From contig JADGIF010000001.1 of NCBI GenBank assembly GCA_018985225.1, forward strand, positions 60,001 to 92,000: a stretch of DNA of 32,000 nt, given 5' to 3'. The DNA comes from Amoeboradix gromovi X-113 (lineage: Eukaryota; Fungi; Sanchytriomycota). The stretch's first letter is position 1; each line of letters starts with the position of its first letter. Below are positions 1 to 10,303 of the stretch, in pieces. Position numbers and translations under genes: made by a program. The notes under the pieces were generated by a model, which was not told the origin of the DNA, searched no databases, and saw only the letters and a program-made list of their open reading frames with translations.

Positions 1-182
1 ATGGAACTAATTACATTGAAGCTTCAAGGGTGAGTATCCACGCAAACACTAGAATTCGAAGAGTGTATTTTAGCGAGCGACTGTATAGCGAAGAAGAGTT
101 ACCAACTGAATACAAATTATTCTTACCTTTAAGTCAAAGGAAAGAAAGCGACAAGAAAAATGTCTTAGAGTTGAAAAAGTAA
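1..182 (+). CDS. CFAP20: Cilia- and flagella-associated protein 20 (BUG22/GTL3), 3' partial
   Basis: Frame 3 reads [42 protein letters not shown]...KK* with TAA at 180-182. This matches the conserved CFAP20 C-terminus ([28 protein letters not shown]). It is absent from the ORF track because the gene runs off the window edge. Confidence 0.93.
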   Translation, partial: GTNYIEASRVSIHANTRIRRVYFSERLYSEEELPTEYKLFLPLSQRKESDKKNVLELKK

Positions 183-183
183 A

Positions 184-828
184 TTAAAGATATTTAATCA
201 TCTCTGAATAAGAGCATCCAACATCTTCGTCTGTTTCTATACCAATACTTTCAACCAGCTCGCTAGGCTTCTTTTCCATTTTGTCAGAGAGTTCATAAAC
301 TATTTCCATTGCTTTTGACTTGCGAGTCTTCCAAAGCTTTAGCATAGCTATGTAAGACTTATTTATGTGGTCTTTCTCTTCTAGATCCATGGGTTGCTCT
401 TTCAACAGGTCCAAACTTGAACTCAGTTTATCTCGTTTAATTCCCAACTCTTCAAGCTCTTTCAACAGGTCCTCGTCGGATGGATCTTTAGCGATTTCAT
501 TAATAAACTGAGTATTGCTTTGGACCGTTGCCTTCAACTCTGCTATTGATTCTTCTAATTCTTTTGTTTGCTGTAAAACGACTTCTTCCTCTTCCGGCGT
601 TTGTCCATCTTCATCCTGGTGCACATAGTAAATAACCTGCTTTCCGTTCTCTTTAAAAGCAATGCTGTCGTTTGCTGCCATATCTGCTAACGCCTTGCTG
701 GTTGCCGTTTTCTTCAATTGTAAATTTAGACTTATGTCTGTGGCAGAATATGGTCTATTTGTCTCTTTTAAATATTTTAATATTTGAGTTGCTATGTTTT
801 CAATGTCCGCTGTCTTCGCTTTTGCCAT
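184..828 (-). CDS. HOP2: Homologous-pairing protein 2 (Hop2/TBPIP)
   Basis: N-terminal winged helix ILKYLKETNRPYSATDISLNL and KENGKQVIYY, then a coiled coil and C-terminal WKTRK...ESIGIETDED. Confidence 0.9.
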   Translation of the reverse strand: MAKAKTADIENIATQILKYLKETNRPYSATDISLNLQLKKTATSKALADMAANDSIAFKENGKQVIYYVHQDEDGQTPEEEEVVLQQTKELEESIAELKATVQSNTQFINEIAKDPSDEDLLKELEELGIKRDKLSSSLDLLKEQPMDLEEKDHINKSYIAMLKLWKTRKSKAMEIVYELSDKMEKKPSELVESIGIETDEDVGCSYSEMIKYL

Positions 829-868
829 TTTACGGTATCAGGGAGTCTCTTCTTTTTTTTCAAACACA

Positions 869-3695
869 ATGAGCTTATCGGAATTGTTGCTGCAAACTCT
901 CAACCCTTCAACTCAAAAGAACGCAACATCCTCTTTGTTTCTTCTGGTGGAATCACAGCCAGCTACACTGATGTCATTGTGCGATCTTGTGATATCAAAT
1001 GACAAGGTGGTTTCTCATACAAGTGCAGTTTTTCTAAAGAATTCGATTGCCAAGCATTATCATAAAAGTGAATACATGGATGTGAATAGCCGAAATGTTC
1101 TCAAACAAAGATTGCTTGATCTCTTGATACATCCGTTGTGTTCTAAAATAGTAAGACAGCAAATTAGTGTTTCCATCTCTAGCGTAGCTGATACAGATAG
1201 CTGGACTGATCTACCTAGTATTCTAGGCTCTACTCTAACAAGCTCCAGCTTGGAAACTCAGTTATTATGTTTAGAAACTATTTATTTGTATGTCACAGTT
1301 TGGAAGAAGTATGACTTGTCCGCTAATGTCGTACTGGATATTCAGCATTCATGCAACACTTTCTTTGTTCCCTTGTTTCTTCCATATATTGAGAATTGCT
1401 TTTCCAGTTTACCCAGCAATCGGGAAGTTGAACAGTATGATATACAATTTCAGTTATTTCTGATCATATCCAAGATATTCAAGTGCTTTATTATTCATGA
1501 TATTCCTCAGCAGTTAGAGCCCCATATTCCTCGACTAAGCAGTATTTTATGTTTTTTTATTAGGTTCAACAATCCCCAATACAAACAGCATGAACAGAAC
1601 CTACTGCATGAGTCCACGAAACTAACTAAATTAAGAGGTTCTATTCTAGATACTATCCATCTACTATTATCTAAATACCTCGATGATGTCGCTGATATCA
1701 AAAGCACTTTAATAACTGCAGTTTGGGATTTAGTTATTGAATATTCATTTACGGTCGAAGAATCCTTAAATTCTACCAACTTAACTACTTCTACTAGGGA
1801 TGTTATGATATCCAAAGCTTTGCAAGTGATTTGCGTCTGTATAATCCATAATATTAATAACGAGATATTTCTAGGCAACGGAAATGTAGAATCAGTTGAT
1901 TTTCTAGTAAACAAGGTTATAATTGGTAATATTTTAGTCCGGAGAGAGGATCTGGAGCTCTTCGAGGATGATCCACTCAGTTATGCATTTAGAGAGTTGC
2001 ACGGAACCGAATCTAGCAGCATTAACAAGTCAACAAATGATCTTGTTAGCGCTTTGTTAAAGTTCTCTCCACTAGGCTCTTCTATAATATCATCATGCAT
2101 TAGATATATTGATTTGTTTATCAAGTCATTCAACAGTAACGATCCCAACAGCTGGAAGTATAAATCAACAGCTACTCGTATTATATGCTGTTTGAACCAA
2201 CCAGACGTTTGCACCCAGTACATAATTAACCATGTGCTACCTGATTTAAATGCGTCCTCCACTATGCCCTTGTTGTTAAGCGATGCTATTTATTGTATCA
2301 CTCATTTTAAAAACCTGCTTGGTAGTGAAATAGAAAGTATATTGACTAAATTAGTAGAAATCCTACATGTCCAGTCCATGAGTAGCCAGCTTAATACAGT
2401 TGTCTGTACTTTTAGTTGCAATGCTATTTCTCTGCTACTTTCCAAATCAACAGCATTTGATCACTCTTTACTGTTAACTAGTGTATTTAGAATATTGAGC
2501 AACCAGACAGGGGTGTACAAGTCAGAAAATGAATATTACCTAAAGGTGGTCGTAAAAGCGATTTTAACAATGCCAAGTGTTGAATTACAGAACAAAAGTA
2601 ATGTGTTGTTAAATGAGCTAATATCTATACTAGAGATAGTAGGACAAAACCCAATTAACCCAAAATTTAACCACTATTTGTTTGAATGTATAGGGATGGT
2701 ACTAAGACAATCTAGCTTAAACAACCCGTCAATTAGTAGCCAATACGATGAGGAGCTGGTGCCTATGTTTGGGAATATATTGAGAATGGATATTAGTGAA
2801 TACAGCCCGTATATATTCCAAATATTGACAATAATGTGTAACACAGCAAATACTCCAAATTTGGATATATTGATGCCAACCTTGGTGAAACCGAACGTGT
2901 GGGAAAGCAATGGAAACATCAAGTCACTTGTAGTACTGTTTAGCATGTATATGGTACACCATCAAGAGAAATTAAAAGAGATTGTGCTCCCATTGCTTGG
3001 CGTGTTTCAAAAATTAATACAATCAAAGCAAACTAGTAGAGAGGGAATGAAATTGTTACAATCCATGTACCACTACAACTTGATATCGCCAGAGTATACA
3101 AACACGATTTTTAATGTATTATTGACCCGATTGAACCAAAACAAGCAATTCGGAATAGATTTCACCAACTTTGCTTGTTATTTGTCTTCTAACAATAACT
3201 TTGGAGCAGACTATTTCATTAACTGTTTAGAAAGTATACAGCAAGGGTACTTATTATTAATCTAGGATTACTAGCGGAATCTTGAAAAATGTAATGATAG
3301 TTAGTAGCAAAGAGATCCTAGGAGTAACTAATCGAAAGCTGTGTATTGTAGGGTTAGGGAATATAGCGATGTGTAACTATGTTATTCAAGGACCGTTAGA
3401 GCTTCTAGTAGAGTTGATAGATGGGATTATAACTCTTACACAAACAGTATCAACTTATACTGCGAAACCCAAAGATTTTGTAGAGCTAGACGATGAAGTT
3501 GAAGATGAAAAAGACTACGGCGCCACTTTCGTACAACTGAAGTCAGCAGTTACTGTGGTAATGGATCCAGTAAGTGAAATAAAGAATACAAAAGAGTATA
3601 CTATGGATTTGATGAAGAAGATATATGGAGTAAATGCTGATGTATTTAATAAGATTCAGTCACCAGGCAGTGTAGCGTTTTTAAGGGAAATGTAG
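869..3695 (+). CDS. CSE1: Exportin-2 / importin-alpha re-exporter, two exons (869-3246, 3266-3695)
   Basis: Importin-beta N-terminal-like start (SAVFLKNSI), DLELFEDDP, ENEYYLK, NPINPKFNHYLFE, EYSPYIFQIL and LLGVFQKLI. The 19-nt intron gtacttattattaatctag (3247-3265) joins the 794-3265 ORF in frame with the 3282-3695 ORF. ATG 869 is preferred because ATG 794 overlaps HOP2. Confidence 0.88.
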
Positions 3696-3741
3696 TAAAT
3701 TAATAGCTTCGTATCATTTGTTTTACCTCTTTGAAACCAGC

Positions 3742-4269
3742 ATGTCTTTTGATGATGATTTTGATGTACCGTTAACAGATATCATGGCAAATGTATCAGA
3801 AGTAACAGTACTTAAGCATGAGTCGAAGAGATTCTCTGAGCACTATTATACTATTTATCCATATTATTTCAATTCTACAAAGTTGCCGAAATGCACTAGA
3901 AGCTGTTATGAAGGAGTGGACATCACAATATATCACTTGACAAAGACGTTAACTAGCATGGGATACGAATTTAAGCTGGAATGGAAGAGACATCCGAGAG
4001 ATTTATTCCATATGGGAAGATTACTAGTGTTCACAAACAAAAAGAAGAGAGCATTACTCAATGAAATTGGTCAGAATTTACCAATATGCTTCAAAGAATT
4101 TGATGATCAGGTAACGGAATTTAAAAGATTGGCAGATCAGGGAGTATCTTCAAATGATGAATACTTGTTAGTTGTTGATCCATTCTACGTACCTACTGCA
4201 ATGCGAAAAGCTGAAAAGGAAGCACCGGAAAAGGTGAAATCCAAGAAATCTGGCAAGAAAAAGAGCTAG
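3742..4269 (+). CDS. SEC65: Signal recognition particle SRP19/Sec65-like protein
   Basis: TIYPYYFN...KRHPRD...GRLLV...KRALL resembles the SRP19 domain. The acidic N-terminus and basic C-terminal tail are as in fungal Sec65. Confidence 0.7.
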   Translation: MSFDDDFDVPLTDIMANVSEVTVLKHESKRFSEHYYTIYPYYFNSTKLPKCTRSCYEGVDITIYHLTKTLTSMGYEFKLEWKRHPRDLFHMGRLLVFTNKKKRALLNEIGQNLPICFKEFDDQVTEFKRLADQGVSSNDEYLLVVDPFYVPTAMRKAEKEAPEKVKSKKSGKKKS

Positions 4270-4280
4270 GCCTATAATAA

Positions 4281-5429
4281 ATGTCAATTAGTTTCAAAGC
4301 CTCTTATAAGACTACTGCAATTACTCAAGCATTTGCTAAAAGAAATTGGACAGAAAAGAACGTGGATGACTCAGATTTCACATTATTTTGGAGTGATGTT
4401 TCCTGGATATACAAGTTTATGGATTCGCTGCCATTGCAGAAACACCAGCTAATCAATCACTTTAGAAACAATTATGAGCTAACAAAGAAAGACTTACTGA
4501 TCAAGAATTTAAAGATGTATTGGAGGAAGTCCAATCCTTTTGCTCTATTTTATGATGCTGTAGACAACATTGTACCAGTGAGTTTCGAAATTCCTACGGA
4601 ATTTGCAATATTTCATGACTATTATAAGAAAAATCCAAAGAAAATGTGGATTATGAAGCCATCTGGAAAATCACAAGGTAAGGGTATATTTATGGTTACT
4701 AAACTGGCTCTAGTTCGTGCTCAATATGACCAGTGCCGTAAAGTCCTGGGGATGTCCTTTGCAGAAAGAGAAAATTTGGAATCCTCGGAAGTTGAATCTT
4801 ATGTTGTACAGGAATACATCATAAATCCGCTTCTTATAGGGTTTCGAAAGTTCGACATGAGACTATATGTTTTAGTGACCAGTTTCTGTCCTCTTATAGT
4901 CTATATTCATAAGCTAGGATTTTGCAGATTTAGCCAAAGTTTGTATTCTCTTGATTACTCCAATCTGGCCGTGCATGCCACTAACGTTGCAATTCAAAAA
5001 AACCACTGCGATTACAACAAGAAGTATGGGTGTAAATGGAATTTAAACAAATTCAGAAGCTATCTTGCGGCTAAAAAGGGATATGATGCTTGCGTTGAGC
5101 TATTCAACAACATTGAAAAGGTTATTCTAACTTCACTTTTTTCCGTGGAAAACAGAATAATACATTCTAATCAAGCATTTGAGCTATACGGATATGACGT
5201 ATTAATTGACGAAAACCTTAAACCCTGGTTAATCGAGGTTAATGCCAGTCCTTCTCTCACAAGCGAGAACGATGAAGATCTGTCTATAAAAGTCAAAGTT
5301 TTGTCTGATATGCTGGATTTGCTGCATTTAGACAAGAAAGTTGAGTTTGTGAACGGATTTCAACCGGTTTACAATAACGGATTTATTGCCGCAGATGAGA
5401 CATATTATTCTAAAATAGGTACAAAGTAA
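4281..5429 (+). CDS. TTLL9: Tubulin polyglutamylase, TTLL9/TTLL1-like
   Basis: INHFRNNYELTKKD, WIMKPSGKSQGKGIF, YVVQEYIINPLLI, KFDMRLYVLVTSF, FELYGYDVLID and PWLIEVNASPS are TTL-family motifs. GCKW and HxTNVAIQK favour TTLL9. Confidence 0.85.
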   Translation: MSISFKASYKTTAITQAFAKRNWTEKNVDDSDFTLFWSDVSWIYKFMDSLPLQKHQLINHFRNNYELTKKDLLIKNLKMYWRKSNPFALFYDAVDNIVPVSFEIPTEFAIFHDYYKKNPKKMWIMKPSGKSQGKGIFMVTKLALVRAQYDQCRKVLGMSFAERENLESSEVESYVVQEYIINPLLIGFRKFDMRLYVLVTSFCPLIVYIHKLGFCRFSQSLYSLDYSNLAVHATNVAIQKNHCDYNKKYGCKWNLNKFRSYLAAKKGYDACVELFNNIEKVILTSLFSVENRIIHSNQAFELYGYDVLIDENLKPWLIEVNASPSLTSENDEDLSIKVKVLSDMLDLLHLDKKVEFVNGFQPVYNNGFIAADETYYSKIGTK

Positions 5430-5444
5430 ATTTATTAACTGCAG

Positions 5445-7042
5445 TTATATAACAGTCCATTGTAAGTACTTTTCGGCATACTCTTCTGCGTCCTCGTATT
5501 CAAAGTTAGATGGTTTAGTGGTTAAGCTGACTTTCAGTAATAGCTCATTCCCTAATTCTGAAATGCAATGCAATGCATAATCCAAGTCTTCTTTTGTGTG
5601 AGCAGCCGACAAACAGAATCTAACTCTGCTAGAAATTATAGGAGTTGCTGGATAACCACTAAATAAGTACTAAATTACACTACTACAACGGCAATGCCTC
5701 TTTCTTTCATTCCTCTTGAAAATCCAGGGAGTTTTGCAGTGTTAAACAGCAATAATGGTACAACTGGCGATGCAGGGTCACCTAGAACACAAAATCCCAT
5801 ATTCTTTAGGTGATGGTAAAAGTATCGACTATTCTCATGGAGCTGATTAATCCGATACAGTCCCTCATTGCTTAAAATACTGGAAAACGCAGCCGTTACT
5901 TGATGAACAACTGGCAACGGCATTGGTTCACAGTACACCATGCCGTGAGAGCTCTTTCTCAGAAACCGAGTTAAAACTTTACTACCAGCAATATAACCTC
6001 CAGCGGCTCCGAAACTCTTTGTGAATGTACCCATTAAAATATCAACATCCTTTGGATTTACTCCTAAATGCTCACATACACCCCTACCAGTATTCCCTAA
6101 TGCTCCGATTGAGTGTGCTTCATCCAGGTATAAGTAAAAATTGAATTTCTTTTTTAATGATACAATTTCTTTTAAATGAACAATGCTGCCTTCCATACTG
6201 TATAAACCTTCTACTACAACTAATATTTTTTTCCAAGGTCTATGAGTCCTGGGTTGTCCTTGAGAAATGGCATCACTTAAGACTACTGCCAAACTAGCTG
6301 CATTGTTATGTTCAAACACCTTTATTGTGGCACCGCTTAACCTAGCACCAGTAACCAGTGAGCTGTGATTAAATTCATCAGAAATAATTAGACTACCTTT
6401 ACCAACAAGTGCGGGAATAACCGTAGAGTTCGTTGCAAATCCCATGCTAATTACAATAGCATCTTCGCTACCAATATATTCTGCCACCAACTTTTCCAAT
6501 TCAACATGTGATTTTGTATTAAAATCGGACCTACTAGCACTTACGCCTAAGCCTTTAGTCATGTTTTCTTGGACAAACTCAGCACAATCACCCTCGCATT
6601 CGGCAAATCCTAAATAATTGTAACTACTCAGATTTAAGACTCTTTGACCGAATCCAGTAAATTGAAATGACTTACAGTAGTCTTCAGTACTTCTGTCTTT
6701 AAGAGTCATAAATCTGCCAGCGGCTGAACAGATAGGCCTATTAAAACAGTCACGTATGCGTCTATAGATTCTGCGTATGAAGAAATTGCTGAAATCATTA
6801 ACTAATGGAGCATATCCGTCATTGTTCTTCAAATGGGAATACTCTTCGCTTTTAAAGACTTTTCCAAAAACATCTCGGATATGTCCAAAAAGTATCAACA
6901 AAAGATAATTCAGGTAAGTAGTTATTATAACATACATTTTCACATCATCCTCAACCTTCTGATGTACATGTGAATGGACGTCACCTTTATTGCTTAATAA
7001 GGAAATTGCAGAATCTTTAGCTCTCTCTTGCTTACCCTTCAT
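5445..7042 (-). CDS. LCB2: Serine palmitoyltransferase subunit 2, two exons
   Basis: [28 protein letters not shown] and the PLP-lysine motif GTFTKSFG. A 20-nt intron gtaatttagtacttatttag (5659-5678) restores [24 protein letters not shown]. Stop at 5445-5447. Confidence 0.95.
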
Positions 7043-7191
7043 ATTGGAAATAAAAATGCGTTTCAGATTAAAATCTGAACGTGTAAACGGGATTGCGTTA
7101 CAAGAATTGCGCGTTGAGTTATGCTGACTCAAACACACAGTAACACATCCGATTTAATCTTGTATTCTAAAATAAACCATTCCCCTGTTTT

Positions 7192-7704
7192 GTGATGGTG
7201 CAGCTATTTGTGATCACTGCATCGAGTCATGCTGTCAAAGAACACTGGGAAGCTTGTGGATTATCCACCGCTACAGAATCTTTAGGGATAAGAACCTATT
7301 TGTTTGAAAACCAAAAGATATATTATATCTCACTGAGTAATTATGAGTTTATTTATCAGTTACCGCTGCATAGTTTAATCCAGATAAATAATGTGAAGCT
7401 TCTAGATGTGCTGCTAAATAAATGGAATAGAAAAAGAGATCAGCTTTATCAAGGTTATTCTACTAGTTGTTGTAACATTGATTTTAAAGTATTTCAAATC
7501 AACAACCTAACTCTTCTTGAAATATCTGGTGAGTTTAAGAAATGCCCACCAGTGCTATTAGAGAAGATTGTGCCATTTCATTTGCAGCAAACTTCTGAAG
7601 TTTTGATTAAAACTCATTTATTCAAAAATTGTACAATCGAGCCAAATACCAGAGACGGGATGCTTTTATGGCTGCAAGCTATTTTTGAACACGAAATTCA
7701 GTAA
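7192..7704 (+). CDS. Hypothetical protein (170 aa)
   Basis: Open frame that fills the gap exactly, with its stop 1 bp from the convergent gene. No motif recognised. Confidence 0.5.
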   Translation: MMVQLFVITASSHAVKEHWEACGLSTATESLGIRTYLFENQKIYYISLSNYEFIYQLPLHSLIQINNVKLLDVLLNKWNRKRDQLYQGYSTSCCNIDFKVFQINNLTLLEISGEFKKCPPVLLEKIVPFHLQQTSEVLIKTHLFKNCTIEPNTRDGMLLWLQAIFEHEIQ

Positions 7705-7705
7705 A

Positions 7706-8830
7706 TCAAATACTTCTCAATACTCGCTGTCTATTCTGCGAGGGTTGAAATATATTCCTCACCAAACTCTGTAATCTAGAAGATTCAATAGTCCACCTCC
7801 TCCGGGGTATATCCAACAGTGCTATATTTAGGATTGCCTTGGTATCTGATAGTTCTTCCAACTCAGAATTTTGCGGAGCTATATCAATGCACTTGTCTAT
7901 TAGTAGACATAAATCATCTATCAAATTTGCACTAATTGGAGAAAAGTGGATTCCATTTAAAACCTGAGTTTTGACGTGGTTCCACAACATGGCAAACAGC
8001 TCATCATTTATATAATCAAATGTATTGAAATGTAAGGATTTAAATTGGTCCAGTAGCTCTATAAATGATTTTATTCTGTTTCTAGAGCTATCAAAAGATT
8101 GCAGAGATTCTGCCACTGGTAAAAGTATCTTGTGTTCCTCATAAATAAGGTTTACAACGAAGATAAAATACTTTCGAGGTACATGATATCTAAGGTTCAA
8201 AATAGCAATATCATTTAACATATGAATTGGGTATTCACAACTCGAGGCGACGAATGTATCGAGTACTGATTCATCAAATCCAAACACGTCAAAGTAAGCC
8301 AAAAGTGGATAAACACCAAGGCAATCTAGCAGTTTGTCTTTAGTTTTGCGTAGGTTCAGAACATTTAGTACATCTGAGAGATGTATTGATAGCAATTGCT
8401 TATTTATTGATAAATAATCTTTGTTTAGAACATTTGATGAGAACCCCAAGACTAGATCATGATAGTCTAAAGAAAGCTTATCATAACATTCAACCGCTTC
8501 TTTGACACCGTGATCTATCAATTCTTTTAGGAGTTCGTGGTTACGGAGGTTGTTAAAATGATTTATCAAGTTGGCTCTGGCGCGAGAAGGATGAATTGCA
8601 TTGTCTAGCTCAATCGTCTTACTCAATATATTCTGGAGTTCCACAAACTGTTTGTAGTCCTCTATTAAGTTGTAAATTTTGCCTTGTTCCGTTGGAGAAA
8701 TTAATTTTATCAGTTTTTCGTTGACGGTCTGGGTCTTTTTGAATTGAGATAACACAACATATTTTAAAGATGAGTCTATTTTCTCCAAAGGATATTCAGT
8801 GAACTCGAATTGATTGATGTCATGTTGCAT
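7706..8830 (-). CDS. Divergent, shortened ZW10/Dsl1-like tethering/kinetochore protein
   Basis: C-terminal LQSLVRNIFQPSQNRQRVLRSI resembles the ZW10 tail (LIRALFQxxxxRxxxLxxI). MLNDIAIL resembles the ZW10 NxxxYL helix. The rest is not recognisable. Confidence 0.55.
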   Translation of the reverse strand: MQHDINQFEFTEYPLEKIDSSLKYVVLSQFKKTQTVNEKLIKLISPTEQGKIYNLIEDYKQFVELQNILSKTIELDNAIHPSRARANLINHFNNLRNHELLKELIDHGVKEAVECYDKLSLDYHDLVLGFSSNVLNKDYLSINKQLLSIHLSDVLNVLNLRKTKDKLLDCLGVYPLLAYFDVFGFDESVLDTFVASSCEYPIHMLNDIAILNLRYHVPRKYFIFVVNLIYEEHKILLPVAESLQSFDSSRNRIKSFIELLDQFKSLHFNTFDYINDELFAMLWNHVKTQVLNGIHFSPISANLIDDLCLLIDKCIDIAPQNSELEELSDTKAILNIALLDIPRRRWTIESSRLQSLVRNIFQPSQNRQRVLRSI

Positions 8831-8892
8831 ATCTATTTCAAGGAGAACGATTCCATTTTTATTAATTTCAAATTTTAGACGTCGCGCTTTGC

Positions 8893-10032
8893 ATGTTTAC
8901 AACAAACGATGTATTTCACAGTGCTATTGTTAAATTGGAAGGAATTCCATGGGATCTTAGAGTTGAAGAGATTTTAAACATGTTGTACCCTTTTGTGCCA
9001 ATAGGACAGCCTCCAAGATTGCATATACCCATAGATGTAATTACTGGAAAAACGCTTTCTTGTGCGTTTATAGAAATTGGCACTATGGAAAATGCTTATG
9101 CTTGTGTAAGGCATTTGGAATCCAGGAGACCTATTCTACATGGCAAGGCACCCAGGGTTACTGTCTCCAACCACGTAGAATTACAGAATGCGTTCTTTTC
9201 CAATGGAAGCCTTGTTCGGGAAGATGTTATTAAAATATTGACTGTTTGTAGAAACTACAAACGTCAATATAACAGAAGGTGTCCCAATAGACCGTTCGAT
9301 TATGTTATATCGCTCATACAAATATTTTCGTTTGATTCTATCCAAGAGGCAACGCAAAGAGATCAAATCTTTGAGTTCCATAAAAATGCTGTAGAGTTGT
9401 TGAAAATTTTTACTAAAAAAGATTTTTCGTACTTTAGAAAAGACTTATTGTATAGCCTGGTACTATGTGGAGTAGTATGTCTCGGATACACTTTAAAACA
9501 GCGTGAAGTACTAGTCAGAACTAGTCAAATTAATTTACCTGAGCGTTATATTAGGTATTTGAAGGATGAAGAGACTACTGGGCATTTAGTGAGAAGATTG
9601 AAGAGAAAGCTAGAAGTTCCATTGCTGGGTAAGTTTTCAGGGTTTGGTCATACTTTAATTAAACAGTTTACGCACGAAATTCAAATTCCTGATCTATATG
9701 ATTTGAGTAGTCAGATGTGTTCAAGACCATCCGGAGTTGTCCCAGTAGCTAGACATTCATCATATGAAAGCAATAGGTTTGACAGCAATAGTGAAATCAA
9801 GAGATTGACTGAGATAATTATTGAAAACCAAACCCGAATTGGCAATATTGAACGAGCTATGAAAGACTTAATTACAATCAGACAAGCCAAAGAAGCCAAG
9901 GATGAAGCCAAAGATTTTCCATCATTAGATGTAGCTACTGAAGTATCGGAGTTATTTAAATGTGGTGCATGCTGCAAAGTTGATCATTTGCATTCAAAAC
10001 TAGCGGCGCTAGAACCGGAAACCCAAATGTGA
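8893..10032 (+). CDS. RRM-domain RNA-binding protein; last codons supplied by an inserted element
   Basis: VKLEGIPWDL (RNP2-like) and TGKTLSCAFIE (RNP1-like). The terminal TQM* is encoded by the first 12 nt of the element at 10021. Confidence 0.75.
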   Translation: MFTTNDVFHSAIVKLEGIPWDLRVEEILNMLYPFVPIGQPPRLHIPIDVITGKTLSCAFIEIGTMENAYACVRHLESRRPILHGKAPRVTVSNHVELQNAFFSNGSLVREDVIKILTVCRNYKRQYNRRCPNRPFDYVISLIQIFSFDSIQEATQRDQIFEFHKNAVELLKIFTKKDFSYFRKDLLYSLVLCGVVCLGYTLKQREVLVRTSQINLPERYIRYLKDEETTGHLVRRLKRKLEVPLLGKFSGFGHTLIKQFTHEIQIPDLYDLSSQMCSRPSGVVPVARHSSYESNRFDSNSEIKRLTEIIIENQTRIGNIERAMKDLITIRQAKEAKDEAKDFPSLDVATEVSELFKCGACCKVDHLHSKLAALEPETQM

Positions 10033-10303
10033 ATTTCTTAAATAAATCATAGTTCTCTTCAATTTTATTAGCGTATTTTATAAAACATTTAGTAATACGA
10101 ATAACACCATTTAAAGGATTTTAGCGACCTCTCATTGGAACGCAACTGTTGATGAAGAATGAAAAGCTATCCAATTTCGTTAGAGTTGCCACAATCCAAA
10201 AAGAAGATTCAAGGAAGATGCTTAAATGGCACTTACCCAAGTTGTCTACACTGAAGGAGTGTGGGATCTCGAAGTAATTTGAGAGCTTCACATTTAACGT
10301 AGG
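10021..10303 (+). mobile_element. Non-autonomous TnpB/Fanzor-derived element, copy 1 (283 bp)
   Basis: 10021-10167 matches the reverse complement of 24892-25038 (145/147). 10218-10305 matches the reverse complement of 24730-24817 (88/88). Direct repeat CGGAA at 10016-10020 and 10304-10308. Imperfect subterminal inverted repeat aaatgtgaatttcttaaat vs aaatgtgaagctctcaaat (16/19). Confidence 0.9.

Noticed and set aside
1507-2946. Short minus-strand ORFs inside CSE1, and similar antisense ORFs within other genes
   Set aside because: They are antisense shadows of well-supported CDSs and carry no motifs.
3247-3282. CSE1, LCB2 and the lipase as frameshifted pseudogenes or products of stop-codon recoding
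   Set aside because: GT-AG micro-introns restore the frames exactly, and the other genes translate fully in the standard code.
5426-5444. 19-nt GT-AG segment across the TTLL9 stop (gtaaatttattaactgcag)
   Set aside because: Splicing would extend TTLL9 antisense through the LCB2 last exon with no recognisable gain, so it cannot be supported without transcripts.
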